Positions 28,463 through 42,935 are shown, counted from the first letter of the whole stretch. The stretch is 63,999 bases of DNA, filler included, from Basidiobolus ranarum (GCA_040143965.1; 4 parts of 4 records of this genome joined end to end with filler, not necessarily neighbours in it); one strand, 5' to 3'. Notes: generated by a model not told the origin, from the letters alone. A program made the numbers and translations.

Positions 28463-31070
28463 ATGTCCCCAACATTAACTCAAAACGGCTCCTTCTCTAT
28501 TCCAGGAGTATCTATTGCTTCAGAGCGTTCTAGAACTGAGAAAACCCATTTTGTAAGTCAAAACTTAAAAACATATGGTTATTCTGGGAAAATTGACAAA
28601 ATAAGGGAGCAGGAATACCCTCAGCTGAAAGGTATATTTTCACTTTCCTCAATATGTTCCCCTGATATTTTTTCCTAATTTTACGTCTAGACCAAGTTTA
28701 TTTGGACCATGCAGGTGCCACCACCTACGCTTCTTCCCAAATTCAACGATTCACCAAAGATCTTACTTCCAACCTCTATGGTAATCCTCACTCTCAAAAC
28801 CCCAGTTCCAAACTTTCCTCTACCCGTGTAGAACGAGTTCGCAATCGAATTCTTAAATATTTTGAAGTTTCTGGAAATGACTATACTGTAATCTTCACTC
28901 AAAATGCCACAGCTGCTATCAAGCTTGCTGGCGAAATGTTTCCTTGGTCGAAAGAACAAAAAAGCAGATTCCTGTACTTAAGAGAAGCGCATACTTCTTT
29001 AGTGGGTTTGAGAGCTTCAGCCTCTGCTTCTGGTGCCGTATGTAAGCCTATATCTCAAGAGGGGCTTGAGGAAATGTTTCAAAGCCCTTCGACTCAGGGA
29101 AATGAAGATGGAATTCTTGAAGAACCCGTTTATAATCTTTTAGCCTATCCAGCACAGTGTAACTTCTCAGGTAGCCGGTTTCCTCTCGAGTGGACTCGTA
29201 CCGCCTATACTCACCTTAATACCGAGAAGGAAAACTGGAAAATCTTGCTTGATGCTTCCTCCTATCTGACCTCGTCCCAATTATCGCTACACAATACACA
29301 AGAATCCCCCGATTTTGTCTCTTTATCTTTTTACAAACTCTTTGGTTTCCCAACTGGATTGGGGGCTTTACTCGTTAAATCTGAATTGGCACCTCTGTTG
29401 ACAAAGACATATTTTGGTGGAGGCACAGGTACTGTTATTACTTCAATTCCCTATTTACTTGTAACTTTTCCTAACTTAAAACATGTATAGTTTCGGGTGT
29501 GACTTATGATCACGATTGGCAAGTATTTCGCGGATCGTTGAGCGGTAAATACGAAGATGGAACCATCAACTTTCTTGACATTATCGCGCTGGACCATGCC
29601 TTAGATGTTGCTGAAGAGTTGTATGGAGATGTGTATCATATAACGCAACACACGAACGCTTTAATAACCTACATGTACAAACAAATGACCAGCTTGAAGC
29701 ATTGGAATGGTGCCCCAGTTTGCGCCATTTTTTCTAATGGGGAACACTACGGAGATCCTTCAAAGCAAGGGCCTATCATCAATTTCAATTTAAAAAGGGC
29801 CAATGGAGATTGGGTGGGCTATACTGAGATCGAAAGACTGGCCACAGCTAGCTCTATTCATGTAAGAACTGGAGGGTTTTGCAACCCTGGAGCGATGCAA
29901 AGATGGCTAAATCTAAGCTCAGAGGAGGTTCAAGAAAACTTGAGTGCAGGGCACGTCTGTTGGGATGACAAAGATATAATTGGTGGAAAGCCAACCGGGT
30001 CAATTCGTATTTCTTTGGGCGCCATGTCCACATTTGAGGATGTGATAGTTTGGATCAATTTTCTGAAAGAATTCTTCGTCAATGACATAGAGCCGAATAA
30101 TTACTCCAACTCCAAAGATGGCTATGATTTGATTGAGAGTCTCAGTGAGACCACTCTTGATTCAGTGTGTGTATACCCAATCAAGTCCTGCCATGGATTC
30201 CATGTCCCAACAAATGTAGCTTGGCCAATTACCCCTTCGGGGCTCAAATACGACCATGAATGGATGTTGGTGAACAATGACGATGGAAGCGCAATGAGCA
30301 TGAAGAGAATCACCAAAATGGCCCTAATCCGCGCGAGTATTGAAGAAGAGGCTGGGTACTTGGTCGTCACTGCTCCCAACAAACCGAGCCTACGCATTCC
30401 TCTGGCTGAGGACTCGCACGACTTTGCCTACTCAAGGTCCAATGTGTTTGGAGAGCTTCTTGAAGTTCAGCATTACAAATCACAATCTATCAATGAATGG
30501 TTTAGCACATTTCTCGAAATCCCGTGTCACTTGGCACGTCAACTTACCATTCGTCGCTCCCTGGGCTCTCATCTGACTGACAATGCTATTACCCCAAACT
30601 CAGTTCCTAGTGCTTTGAACGGATCCAAGCAAGCATCTCTCTCTCTCCAAAATGAATCACCATACTTACTGATCTCGCAGGTCAGTGTAGATGACGTCAA
30701 CGATCGGATCAGCCAATCCGAAATCAATCAAGAGAAGAAGAGTGTTCCTGTCTTTACCGATGCCTACAGAGGCAACATAGTAATCCGTGGAAGGAATCCC
30801 TACGAAGAAGATCAATGGGAGGTGATCAAAATTGGCACCCAAGTTTTCAAAATCTTGGGTTCCTGTAGACGTTGCAATATGCTGTGTGTAAATCCGGAGA
30901 CTGGAAGAAAGACGAAGGAACCGTATGTCACCCTAGCTAAATACCGAAGAATAGAAGGAAAAATTCTTTTCGGCAGACACATGTATCACTGCCCTGAACT
31001 GTCCCAAGCACCTTTTGTTCTGCGGGAAAATGATCCGGTTAAAGGGTACAGACATTTAGATGATTTGTAA
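28463..31070 (+). CDS. hxB: Molybdenum cofactor sulfurase (PLP-dependent desulfurase + MOSC domains)
   Basis: REQEYPQL, YLDHAGAT, NLYGNPHS, FTQNATAA, PAQCNFSG, SFYKLFGFPTGLG, RTGGFCNPG, VYPIKSC and CRRCNM. Introns at about 28632-28690 and 29429-29490. Confidence 0.93.
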
Positions 31071-33002
31071 TGGTGACAAGAAATTTTCCATTTGAACTCT
31101 TGTAACCTATACGAATTTATTTATAATCACCATATTGTAACATTTCACCTGCTCTCATTGGCATCATCTAACATTCGCACCTGTATAATTAATGAATATT
31201 CCACTTCCTTTGATTAAGCCAGCTATTAGCCACTATAGTCTAATAAAGATTACCCAACTGAACACCAAACTACTACTAGAAATCTTTAGGACCAGCATCC
31301 TTTTGAATCCAACTGTGGCAGTAAACAGCACCATTGGACCAAGCAAAATTAGACTCCAAGATAATGTAAACATCAGACAAGTTTGAAAGAAAAAAGAGAA
31401 TCTTCGTTCGTATCAGAGCTGGGCCAAATTAGGTGCACCAAGCTATACCAGTGATATGTGCTTACACTGGCAGTCTCAAGTCGTCGATTGACTGTAGTCG
31501 AGGCTACAACCTGCCCACCACCACTAGCAACAGTCACCCAGTCTTTTCCTCGCGGCTTAGGGAACATGATCCAGTTTTGAGAGCAAATCTGCTCAACATT
31601 GGAAGGGTTAGGCTAATGGTTGTCCTCATTAAGATGAGGCAAATTAATCTCAGACACATCTATTACTCAACGCCTACCAACCCCTGAATCGTAATCCGAT
31701 CAATCAACCATTGTTGATCTATATTTGTGTAGCTCTTTGGGTATAAATTTGGAAATTACAATAAAGTTTTTACAAAGTAGTCGTCACTTCATACCTATAT
31801 GCTTTGAGCATTATTATACGAAAATCAACCAAACTTTGTTCGTTAGTAAGACACACAAATTCAAACAAACTGGTATATTTCTTGATATATTGGACCAAGT
31901 AATCTAATACATATACTCTTCGGATCTGGACCAATCCTTGGGGAATATTTACATGAACAGTTCCAACATCCTGGTTCCATCCAAAAAATCGTCTAGAAAA
32001 AAGTGATATTCCAACACAACCCAAGCTACTTCGTTACCACTACTTTGTCTATTGACATTTCCGCTTTGATAACGTGAAAGAGAATGTGGTCGTTATAGGT
32101 TTCCGTCATAGTCTTTACTACTAAATCGATTAATTTTCTAATAAGAGAGGTCCTTAATATTTGAATATAGACTGGTAGAAGAGAGGAATTACTTTTGCCA
32201 CGTAAATCTAATGACTAGAGGAGAAGGAAAAGTTATCTCGTTTTGTAGGCTTAGGGTTAGAGGAATAAAAGGGAAAATTCATTTGGTAGACATCAGTACC
32301 ACGAAAAGGAAGTAGAAGTCTAGTGATATTTGGAATACTATTGTCATCACAAAGTAGCATTGCCTATGCACATACCATTGACAAGATATCACTTCCATAT
32401 CTAATAAACATTCTACTACCAGAATGAATTACCCTCATTCCGGTAGGAGTCTTATAGATTAAAAAATATCCATGTTAAGAGCATAACCTGACAATAAACT
32501 ACCTTGGTGGCTGAAGACTACCTAGAAACAATCTCTACTGCATCATGTTATCCAGAATCTCTCGTCGTTAGTAGTTGGCACTCTTATACTACAGTCAAAT
32601 ATTACTATTAAAGCTCAACCTCTAGTTTTGTTTTAATTGTTCAAACAAGAAGGTTCGCCAATCAAATCATCGATATGACTAACATTAATTGTAGCTTGTC
32701 ATCTCCACCACTTGAGTTGGTGATTTTTTTAAATGGGATGAAATTATATCAGCGATATTTTACTAGAATCCACGTGATGGAGATCTAGAGATCATAGCAA
32801 ATGTGGAAAATGGACAAAAAGTCATGCGACTGAGGGGGTCTGTTCTTTCTCTTCTGAACTCGGTTCAACAACTTTTGTAGGCAAGGTTAGCATAACAAAA
32901 ATCACGTAGATGAGATCCATCCATCGACGTTTCCATTAAATGAAGTGTTACAATTAATCTAAAGCTAACCTAAACCACTCTTCTTTAAAAGTTTTTGGAA
33001 AT

Positions 33003-33368
33003 ATGGAAGCTGTTCAAACTTTCGGTCGTAAGGTTGGTTAAATGAGAAATTCATGAATGGCCATTGAAGCCCTCAACAACAACAACAAGTACTTAAAGTT
33101 ACTCTTCAACGTATGATTTAGAAAACTGCTACTGCTGTTGCTTTCTGCAAACGCGGAAAAGGTATGATCCGTATCAACGGTTCTCCTATCGAACTTGTTG
33201 AACCTGAAATCCTCAAGTTCAAGGTTTACGAACCTATCCTTATCCTCGGTGAAGACAAGTTTGCCGATGTCGAGATTAGAGTGCGCGTCCGCGGTGGTGG
33301 TCACACTTCTCAAAGCTATGCTATTCGTCAAGCTATTGCCAAGGCCATTGTTGCCTTCTACCAAAAGA
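33003..33368 (+). CDS. RPS16: 40S ribosomal protein S16 (uS9), truncated by spacer
   Basis: [17 protein letters not shown] (intron 33033-33121) and [28 protein letters not shown]. Confidence 0.97.
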
Positions 33369-33468
33369 NNNNNNNNNNNNNNNNNNNNNNNNNNNNNNNN
33401 NNNNNNNNNNNNTTAATTAATTAANNNNNNNNNNNNNNNNNNNNNNNNNNNNNNNNNNNNNNNNNNNN
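33369..33468. other. Artificial contig spacer
   Basis: 44 N + TTAATTAATTAA + 44 N. Confidence 0.98.
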
Positions 33469-33585
33469 TTCTACTATATAAGTCACCATATACTCTTAAG
33501 AATAAACTAACTAAAACACACTATCATAAGTTGCTTCTAATACTCAAAGTCTACCCCATTATGTCAAGATCCTCCAACAGTTTTT

Positions 33586-33756
33586 TCAAGAGATAAGCAA
33601 ATAAATGTGTAGAGTGTTAAGTATTTGGGAGCCTGGTGGAAGTGGTTTGGAGAATTAGAGAAATTGCTGGTTTTCACTTATTGATTTGTTGAGTATTCAG
33701 TTGACATTTATACTTTTGTCAAGATATAAGCAAACTGATGTGTAGAATGTGTTAAG
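33586..33756 (+). repeat. Imperfect ~36-nt direct repeat near contig end
   Basis: tcaagagataagcaaataaatgtgtagagtgttaag (33586-33621) versus tcaagatataagcaaactgatgtgtagaatgtgttaag (33719-33756). Confidence 0.6.
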
Positions 33757-35602
33757 GAAGGTCCCAGGAACATATGTGCAAAGTTTAGGGCTTCTAGCGC
33801 AAGTTTGAAAATCTATATATCTTCAAACTTCTAAGTAAATTCCTCTTGAGGTGATATCTTAGTTCAATATGGAATAACTAAATGCTAAGTTATATATGTC
33901 TATATATATGTTTAGGCTATGCTAATTTCAACACCAAGATTCTGAATCGGAGAATTCTATAGATAGTATATATGGTTCAGCTAGAAACTATGTTTCAAAC
34001 ATCATTGGATATTTAACTGAAGTCCCAAGGAAGAAGATAAGCAACAAATCATCCAAAGTTGGTAGAGAGATATGTAGGCGATCTATTTCAAAACTTTATT
34101 AGGTAAGCGTATATTCAAAAAGGGTATCACCTCCGCTAGATGCATGGTGATATTGACAAATATTTAACAACAAAATGGGAATTAATTTAACAGCAATTGT
34201 GATGAATCTTAATAATCCAAAAATGGTTCATGAAGTCATACAAATAAGGTGGGTAGTTGACTTGGCCTTTGTTAGAAAGTAGCTCTTAGAACAGCAACTA
34301 AATCCCTAAGTGTGTCTGGTTCCCATATATATCAGTCGTATCCCGGATGGGTTTGACGATACCGAAGAAAAAAATAAAATATGGAATCTACATTGGTTTT
34401 TTCCTTTGCCTGCCGAGCACGTTGCATAAACATCGTAGCGTCGTGTAGAAACTGTCTAGCTGGTATTGTAGACGAGTTGGACGAGCTACTTTTGACGGAT
34501 GAAGCGATTGAGGAGGAAGATAGAGCTCGGGAAAGTCTTGGCTGTTGTAGAATCTGTTGTAGAACCTGTTGGCTCTCGCGTCTTGACACCAAGAGATCAT
34601 AAAATGTCTCCACATCTTGAAGGAAGCTGGCTGATACTACGTGCATTATAGATCTTTTTTAAATGAATGGATGTGTTAGCTTGAGTGTTTAATAAACCGT
34701 AATCATGAATCCATACAGGAAAGGACCAAGAGAAGCTTGAAGGATATGATTGTCAGGAAGCAGGCTGAATAGATTTTACAACGATTATTGAATGCTATTC
34801 TACCTTTTATAGGATGCCTCCAATCGATGCATCTATACCCCTTTGAACAATCCCAGAATTCTCTGGCAAAGTGAGAACTCTCCATCGTCAAATGCACAAC
34901 ACAAATGCTAGTGATCTATGTGGTAAATATGCAAGAAGCCCCAGCTTGTTTTTGGTAACAAATTTTTAAACATTGAAGTAGATTTATGCAATGAGATTTG
35001 CAAGCCGAGTTAGATCTGCAGTCTTTTTATCAGTCACAAAACCAAAGCAAACATATCAAAACATACACCATTGCCAATACTAATGCCAATACCAATGAAA
35101 ACTGGATTCATTATGCATTACTATTAAGCCCAATCCCGTTGGTAGACCATCAACTCTTCTTACACATGCTGCTTGTTGAATAACATATTTATTGGGATGA
35201 AGAGAATCGGGAACATACTTGCATCCTGATATATGAAAGAGTCTCCAGGTCAGTGATTCTGGTACGTTGGAGCCTCATTAGAAACTAACCTAGCTTGCAA
35301 TCAGTGCTTGATTTACTCCCTATCTTTTAAAGATACACTCCGGATCTTCAAGTGATTCCAAAATATGAATTGCCAGCGGTGCATGAATAGGTCAATTTAA
35401 TATAGCATTGCAATGAGAATAATGGGATAGTATGAACGGGATGCGTGAGTTTGTTGTGATGTCTGGGGAAATTATAAGAGCATATCAAGCTTGAAAACAA
35501 TACAGATGGAGTACAGAAAAGTACATATTACTTAAGGACAATATAGAAGATGTTCCCCCAAAATTTGGCCCTATTCGGATCGGTTTTCTATGTGGTTTGA
35601 CA

Positions 35603-38600
35603 TTAGACACCTTGAACAACAAACGTACCCTGAGGACCAACAGTACCCTCGGCAGAAAGTGGTGGCTCATAAAAGAATGAAACAACAAACACAAGATAAC
35701 TGAGACAAAGGATTGATCCCTTGAAGTAGTTACTTTTGCCTTCAGAATATGTGTAAGTTAATAGGAAAACAGAGAAAAGCACAGTAATGACATCCCAACG
35801 AGGGAAAATCAGTGTGAAAGTGTTGTGAATTCCCTCTACGAGACCTTGACTGTGCCAAGCTGAGAAAGCAACCAATGCAGGAATTTGGATTAGACTGACT
35901 TGCACAGCATATGCGGAACCGATCTCCAAACTAAGCGCAATGTTTCCATACATAGCAAACGATATGGCATTCATAAACTCCGTAACATTGGGAACAAGGG
36001 CAAACAGAGTGATTCCTAAAAATTTCTCCTCAATACTCATCCCGTCAATTACAAAGTCCACTGAATCGACCAAAACTTCGGCAATTAAGGCAAAGAGAAC
36101 TGTAGAAGAGAGTAGTACAATCGTGGCTTTTTTGTTACTCCATTCGGGGGCATCGTGACCTCCGGGCTCATCCTCATCTTCATCATCCTCAAACAAATTA
36201 TCATTGGCATTTTCTAGATTCTCAAATACATTCGCTGGCAATGGCAATGGGCTGCTGTGAGGGGACCCATTCTCTTCACCAGCGACAGGAGGCTCTGGAG
36301 AAAAGAGGTTTTGTAAGGTAGTTTCACCACCATTATTAAGTTGTTGCTGCTCCAAAGCATGCACTGTAGCATAGTGATGTTGAGGAATTATTTGCTTGAG
36401 TAGTCTCTGATATAGAGAAACTCGATTTTTATCATCTTCTGGTGGAGGTTGGTGATAAATATGCTTGACATGAGTTCTTAACGTAAACCATAGACCAATG
36501 AAATAAGCCAACGGCAAGATTGCAGCGCAGATGTACATCAATGGTTTAGTATTGTTAATATAGAAGGGATCCCGAGTAGGATGAACTTGGTTATATGAGC
36601 ATTGCTTACATCCCCAACTACTCTCACTCCCGATGTTAGTCGGGCAATCGGAGCATTTAAGCTCAAAGGTACCATATATCTGGTAAAAGAGAGTGGGAGT
36701 GAAAGCACCAATGAGCGACATGATAAGGAAGGTGGTTGTAACCCCTATATAGAAGGTCAGAGGTATTCTTCTGCAAACAATATAAATGAAAATCAGTATA
36801 ATAGTTACCCGCACTCTTGGCATTGAACTTTTGAATTTTCTTTTTCAAACCGCCGCTAAGCATACTAACACCAGGCATGAGCAAAAGACCTGCGAGGAAG
36901 CTGCCGATAATACTTCCTTCAACAAGAACACCCTTTCCATCGGCGATAGCCATACCGTAAAGAATGATTTCGACTATACTACCAAAGGTAGCATTGATTA
37001 CAGCACCCATCCCAAGTGAACTTTGAGCACTGATAGAGGACACAGCCATACCAATGAAGTAGGCAAGAGGAAGAACTGAGAACAAGCACATAGTGAAAAT
37101 GACACCAGGTTGAGTAATAGGTGACTCGTGATTAGTCCAAGGCCCAAGGAAGTGGGCATCAAATAGAACAAAAAACACCATCGGCATCAAATTTATGAAC
37201 AAAATGTTTATACCATCGTAGGTATACTTGTAGTATTGAAGTCCTATCGCTTTGTAAGTGCAAAGAAGAATTTGAGAATTGGGTGCGCGTGGGCCACAAA
37301 GAGCGGAGCCATTCTTGAAATGCAGTCTCAATGGAGTTCGTCTCAGATGTTTGTTGATAACGTAAGTAAGTTTAGCCATTGGAACAGAAATTACAAAGAA
37401 CCAGCAGAGAGCAGATACAAGAACTAAAACAGGAGCTAAGTTCCAAAAGCAAAGTAACGTTAGTATTTGCATCTTTACGATTACGTAGATAAAATTTACT
37501 TACCAATGACAAAAGTTAACCAGAAGTAGTAAACAAAACCACCAAAAGTTAATTTAGACCATGGGGTAACTTTGGCCTTGCACTTGGTACGACCTTGAAG
37601 AGGGTCACGGTCTTGAGCCTCATCATCAGAATGTGCATGAACCTGTGGAACAGTGGCAGAGCGTGGACGTGTATAAACACCACCACTCTGATGGAATTGG
37701 TCCAAGCCAAGTCAAGGAAATGACTATCCAAATGTTGTCGAGTTACACCAGCAGGAATGTCCTCGATACCCTCAACATATCGTCCAAAAGGCCAAAATAG
37801 ATACCAAGCTAATCCACGAAGAACTCGAGCATAGTCCTTTCCTCCATATGGAGTAAAAGAAAGAAAAACTGATACCACTAAACATATTAAAGCAAGCCAC
37901 CATCCAAACAAGAGTGTCCAAAGGATATTTCCAGGGTATAGAAAGAGTTCCCCAGTGGGCGAGGGGATGGAATGCAATGCAAAGTAAGCACTTCGAGTAA
38001 CACTGCGAGATTTTTTATAAAGAGCAGGTTTCCAAAGTGGTAAACCGAAAGGATGGCTTGTATTGATAGCCTGAAATCATAAGAATATTAATAAAAAGAA
38101 ATATACTCAATTATTAGAAAATGTAGTAACCTCTTGTCTATCTTTCAGGGTCATTTCTCTATCACTATCGTCGCTATCATCGTCGTTGTCTTCATCGGAT
38201 TTTACCTCATAGCGCCCATCACCCTCTTCGTCTGAGGAGCTGTGACGATACTTCGCTTTATGACCTCTTCGTTGCGAGCTCTGTCGACTATGACGTCGGT
38301 AATCCGCAGCTTCATGACTACTAGAACTAGAGGAAGTGAACGAATTTCTTCTAGAAGTACCTCTTGAACGGCTTTTGCGATTATGTAGAGAATTTTTCGA
38401 GGCTAAACGGCGGAGAGATCCTTTACTGGGTGTAGTCATAGTAGGAGGATTTGAAGATTGCGTGCCGGGAATGTCAATCACAGTGTTAGTTGTTGCAGCA
38501 GCAGAAGTTCTTTGTTGTTCAGCAGATACGTTCTCTTGATCCTGAGGAGGGGGCTGCATATGAGCGGTTTCTTGTGGTTGGCTTTGTTGTTCTATAGGAG

Positions 38601-38832
38601 TTCCCTGATCTTGTCGCTCGTGTGAACTAAGCCTGTTGTTACCATCACTTGCGGAATCCATTTGAAAAAGGTTTTGTGATGGAGTAGATACTGTAGTTGG
38701 AGATAAGGAATAAGAAACAGTGGAGGGAGATATTGAAGTACGGGCCGTATAAAAAGTGCGTACGGAAGAAGGAGTGGCAGTCGACTCTAAGGTATGACGA
38801 TTGTCCTTAGAACGAAAGGGTGTCTTACTCAT
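35603..38832 (-). CDS. VNX1: Vacuolar cation/H+ antiporter, type II CAX (Vnx1)
   Basis: TLKDRQE|AINTSHPFGLPLWKPALYKKSRS (intron 38071-38130), YYKYTYDGINI, AVINATFGSIVE, ALVPNVTEFMNAISFA and EGKSNYFKGSIL. Confidence 0.93.
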
Positions 38833-41095
38833 TTAAAAGGGGATAAAGGAATTAGGTTCCCGATAACACTTGATTAACCCCACCTGACGCATGGAAATGT
38901 TAAGGGATTAAATACACACAGTATAATAATTTAATTTAAAATATCGTATATGATCGAGTTAGTATAAGCATGAATATCTTGGATCGCCCAAACTGCTGAC
39001 CGAAACTATCATTTCCGAAAGAATTACCAGATCAAGCAATCAATCTAATCCGACACATTTGTTTCTGAAACACGACGTTTGAGAATCCTTTGATCATCCA
39101 TGGCGTGAGTTCGGAGAACATTGCTGAAGAGTTGAAAACAAGGCGAGAAGTTAATTCTTTGGATAGGTTACTCATTTGGACACGATCGAAACAACAAAGG
39201 GCAGAAGGAATTATCCGGAGGTCCAATTGATATCCATCCGAATAGTAATCGACCCCATGGAATTGATGGCCAAGTGTAACAACAAAAGCAGTATGCAGCA
39301 GGATCTATTTTCGAGAGGTGCTCCTATTCGTGGACGCCAGACGATGAAGCACAAGAGCCAGTTAGCACCTTATCAAAGGCACCTTTCCTGTGACACTCAC
39401 CTAGTGCTAATGTCGCTCAACTAGGGTCTAGTTGGTCTGGCATTTACTAATTAGTAAACATGACTGCTCAAACAAATGGCAAGATTAGGTTGATGTGCTA
39501 TTGATCTACTTGCTGCGCACAATCTGCTCGACAACCAATCATCAACAACCAATATGAAGAAACGCAGTATATAATACACTGGTGCATAAGATATTCACAG
39601 TATTCATGATTGTCCACTACTATCAGCAAATATCTCTTGAGATCGGGTTTCGTTCTATATAAGGCAAGAGCAGTGTATGAATGCGTACTGTTGGGCCTAG
39701 CAAAACATGAATGCTAGGCTATTGCCTAAAGCCCTTATTTGGGACAAGGCAGCATTCCCATCATTGCCAATGTGTGAGCTATATATACCCAATAAGTGTG
39801 GATCACAATGCTCGTTTATAATCAACACTTGGGCACATAAAAGGGTGATTATGGTGAGCCACAGAATCACACGAGGAATTCGGATTTCCCTTGCAGTGCA
39901 AAACGGTGTTTCAGGATTGACAAATAAGTCAATACCAACTTGACCATTAATTACTGCATCAGGAATTAACACAGGAAAAGTTTTCGCAAGCGTGTGCGAC
40001 ACGGTGAGTAACCAACAGGCATTGTCCCTAGACTTGAGAATTGTTGCGCCATTCCAGGAAGGGTTACCTGATATGAGTTGGTATGACTGGCTGGACAACC
40101 GATTTTTTCACCCATTCCTGATCCTTGAGAATTATCCTAAGTTGGAGCCATAGCTTCCGAGTTAGATCTCGAGCATCGATTTTGACGAAGAATGAGCCCA
40201 AACAGTGCGATCAGTAGGTTTATTTTCTTTGTTCAGGTGTGGCATTCGATTTGCTCACTAGTGTCACATCAATCAATGACCATGCTATGGACCTGAGGCA
40301 TAGTAGAGAAAGCTGCGTTGGCATACAGCCTACTCAAATTCCAAGATGCAGCAATTTGAGCGTATCCTGTTCTCTAGAAATGCCGAGTGTGTTGCATACT
40401 CTGCTTATAACTTATTGCCAATAGATTTGCGTTGCTCAGTGTCTACGGATGTTTTACGGCAATAAAACAAAAGTCGTGCGTATCGTAGGTGCCACTAGTT
40501 GTAGCTTGGTCCACTCTCTTCACTACACAAGTCAACTTACAGATAATGGCTCTAACCACATATCAATCCTCCCTGAAAAATTAGCACTTCGATGCACATC
40601 ATTCGCAATATATTAAATGCTGTTTGCGATAAGTTCCACATGCAATCCAGTTGGCCTACTATCAGTGCTTGCGTTGTTATGACATGAGAATACAGTGGCA
40701 TGCACGAAGCCCATTTCTTTACAGTGCTTATGTATTAGGATGTTCGATCATCTGGAAAACTAGTTTTCGTAATATTCGGTTGTAGGAACAATCTGCAAAG
40801 TTTCTGGGGAATACACAACTAATAGATCAAAACTTAACTCCAAAGTTGAATTAAGATTAATAAATTTTATCATCTCAAAGCATGTGAGCCATAAGGCCAC
40901 CAACCGATTTTTGATTTCAATAACTCTAGTGAAGCCCTATACTATCAAACTCTTCTCTGCGCATCTGCAAAAAACTAAGTTTTACCTCTTTTGAGCAGGA
41001 TATTTCGTCTGAGAAATACATATCTAGTCCCTGATAAACTATTTTTTGTTATTCAGTCGACTTCTCTTTCTTGATCAGAGCTTACCTTTTGAAAA

Positions 41096-42935
41096 ATGGA
41101 TTTTAGAGTAGGAAATAAATACAGGCTAGGGAGAAAGATTGGTTCTGGTTCTTTTGGAGAGATCTATCTTGGTAAGCATCTAAAACTACTTTCAGTACAT
41201 GTTCTTAAATGAATCCCTTTTTGAGTTCTTTTGTTGGATACATCAAGTTATTTTTTTGCCCCCATCAGTAATTTTACCAATGTAGTACAACGTTAGCTTG
41301 TACGGGATCTTAGATTGCCATTTAGAATATTCCATTTTTCAAATATCCACTGTTAAACATTTCTATACTTAGGTACCAACATCGTTAACGGAGAGGAAGT
41401 AGCCGTCAAACTAGAGCCTGTAAAGGCACGCCATCCTCAGCTTGAATATGAGGCTAAAGTTTATAAGTCTCTAGCTGGAGGTGTTGGAATCCCGTTCGTA
41501 CGTCATTTCGGAGTAGAGATGGACTACAATTGCATGGTTATTGATCTTCTAGGCCCATCATTGGAAGATCTATTTAACTTTTGCAATCGCAAATTTTTAT
41601 TGAAAACTGTTCTACTTCTCGCTGATCAATTGGTAACCGTATTATTTCAGACATGTAACATATACATGAACTAACCTATTTCTCGAAATACATAGATATC
41701 TCGTGTTGAATACATTCACTCCAAACATTTCATTCATCGAGACATTAAGCCCGATAATTTCCTTATGGGAATAGGAAAATGGGCTAACCACGTAAATGTC
41801 ATTGATTTTGGGTTGGCCAAGAAATATCGTGACCCTAGAACCCATCTTCATATTCCTTACAGAGAAAACAAAAATCTCACTGGAACCGCACGCTACGCCA
41901 GTATCAATACGCATCTTGGAATTGGTTAGTTTTAAGGGGTCCAAATACTTAGCCATAGTATTCAAGTTGATTGATTTTTGCCATGTCAAATTTAGAGCAA
42001 TCCAGGCGAGATGACCTGGAATCTCTCGGGTATGTCTTGATGTATTTTCTGCGTGGCTCATTGCCATGGCAAGGACTTAAGGCTGCTACCAAGAAGCAGA
42101 AATACGATCGCATTATGGAGAAGAAAATGACCACTCCCACCGAACTTCTTTGCCGAGGCTTTCCTAACGAGTTTTCTATATATCTTAATTACACTCGTAG
42201 TCTTCGATTTGATGACAAGCCCGACTATAGCTACCTCAGAAAGCTTTTCCGTGACTTATTTATTCGTGAGGGGTACCAATACGATTACATATTTGATTGG
42301 ACCATTTCTGAGAAGGTGCGTCTTTTAAATCATGGAATACACAAGAATCGGCAACCATTCAATATACTAATACTTTTTAGGAAAAGAGGACTGGCAATGA
42401 AGCTCAGGAGAGTTCCATTCCTGCTGGCAATAAAGAAGAACCTGCTGGACACGGAGATCATGTTCGTATAAACAATGACTTGTTTATCTTTTACTAGATG
42501 CTAAATTTCTCCATAGAGTGGACTTGATAGAGCTGAGCGGGGAACTACCCGAAGGGTTCAACCCACTGTTCCTAATGCTGATGCTAGCTTCCGTCGTAAC
42601 CTCCGCACTCCACAATATCCCACAGTATCAGGAGCCACCGGGATTCGCGCACCCATTCCACCTGCCTCTTCTGGCACTGCTGGCCGCACCCAGACTGGCG
42701 TCCGTCGTAAAGTTTTAAATGGTGAAGAGAGTCTTGAACCAAGAGTCAGAACATCCATGATTGGGCCTAGTGATCGCATGTAATTTCACTCTAACTACTC
42801 TTAACATTCACAGCATATACTCAATTTTGTTTGTTGCTCCTTAGTTTGCGCAGTACCACGAAAGCAGCTGGGATTGTTCCCCCGAAATACAAGATTTCCG
42901 GTGACCCGGGGTCGACCGCTGGCTATCGTGGGTAA
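41096..42935 (+). CDS. HRR25: Casein kinase I (delta/epsilon, Hrr25/Hhp1-like), multi-exon
   Basis: [76 protein letters not shown] and PDYSYLR. The last exon boundary is less certain (alternative stop at 42783). Confidence 0.93.

Noticed and set aside
39697-40098. 133-aa minus-strand ORF with a hydrophobic segment
   Set aside because: No convincing motif or splice structure; may be eroded coding DNA but cannot be assigned.
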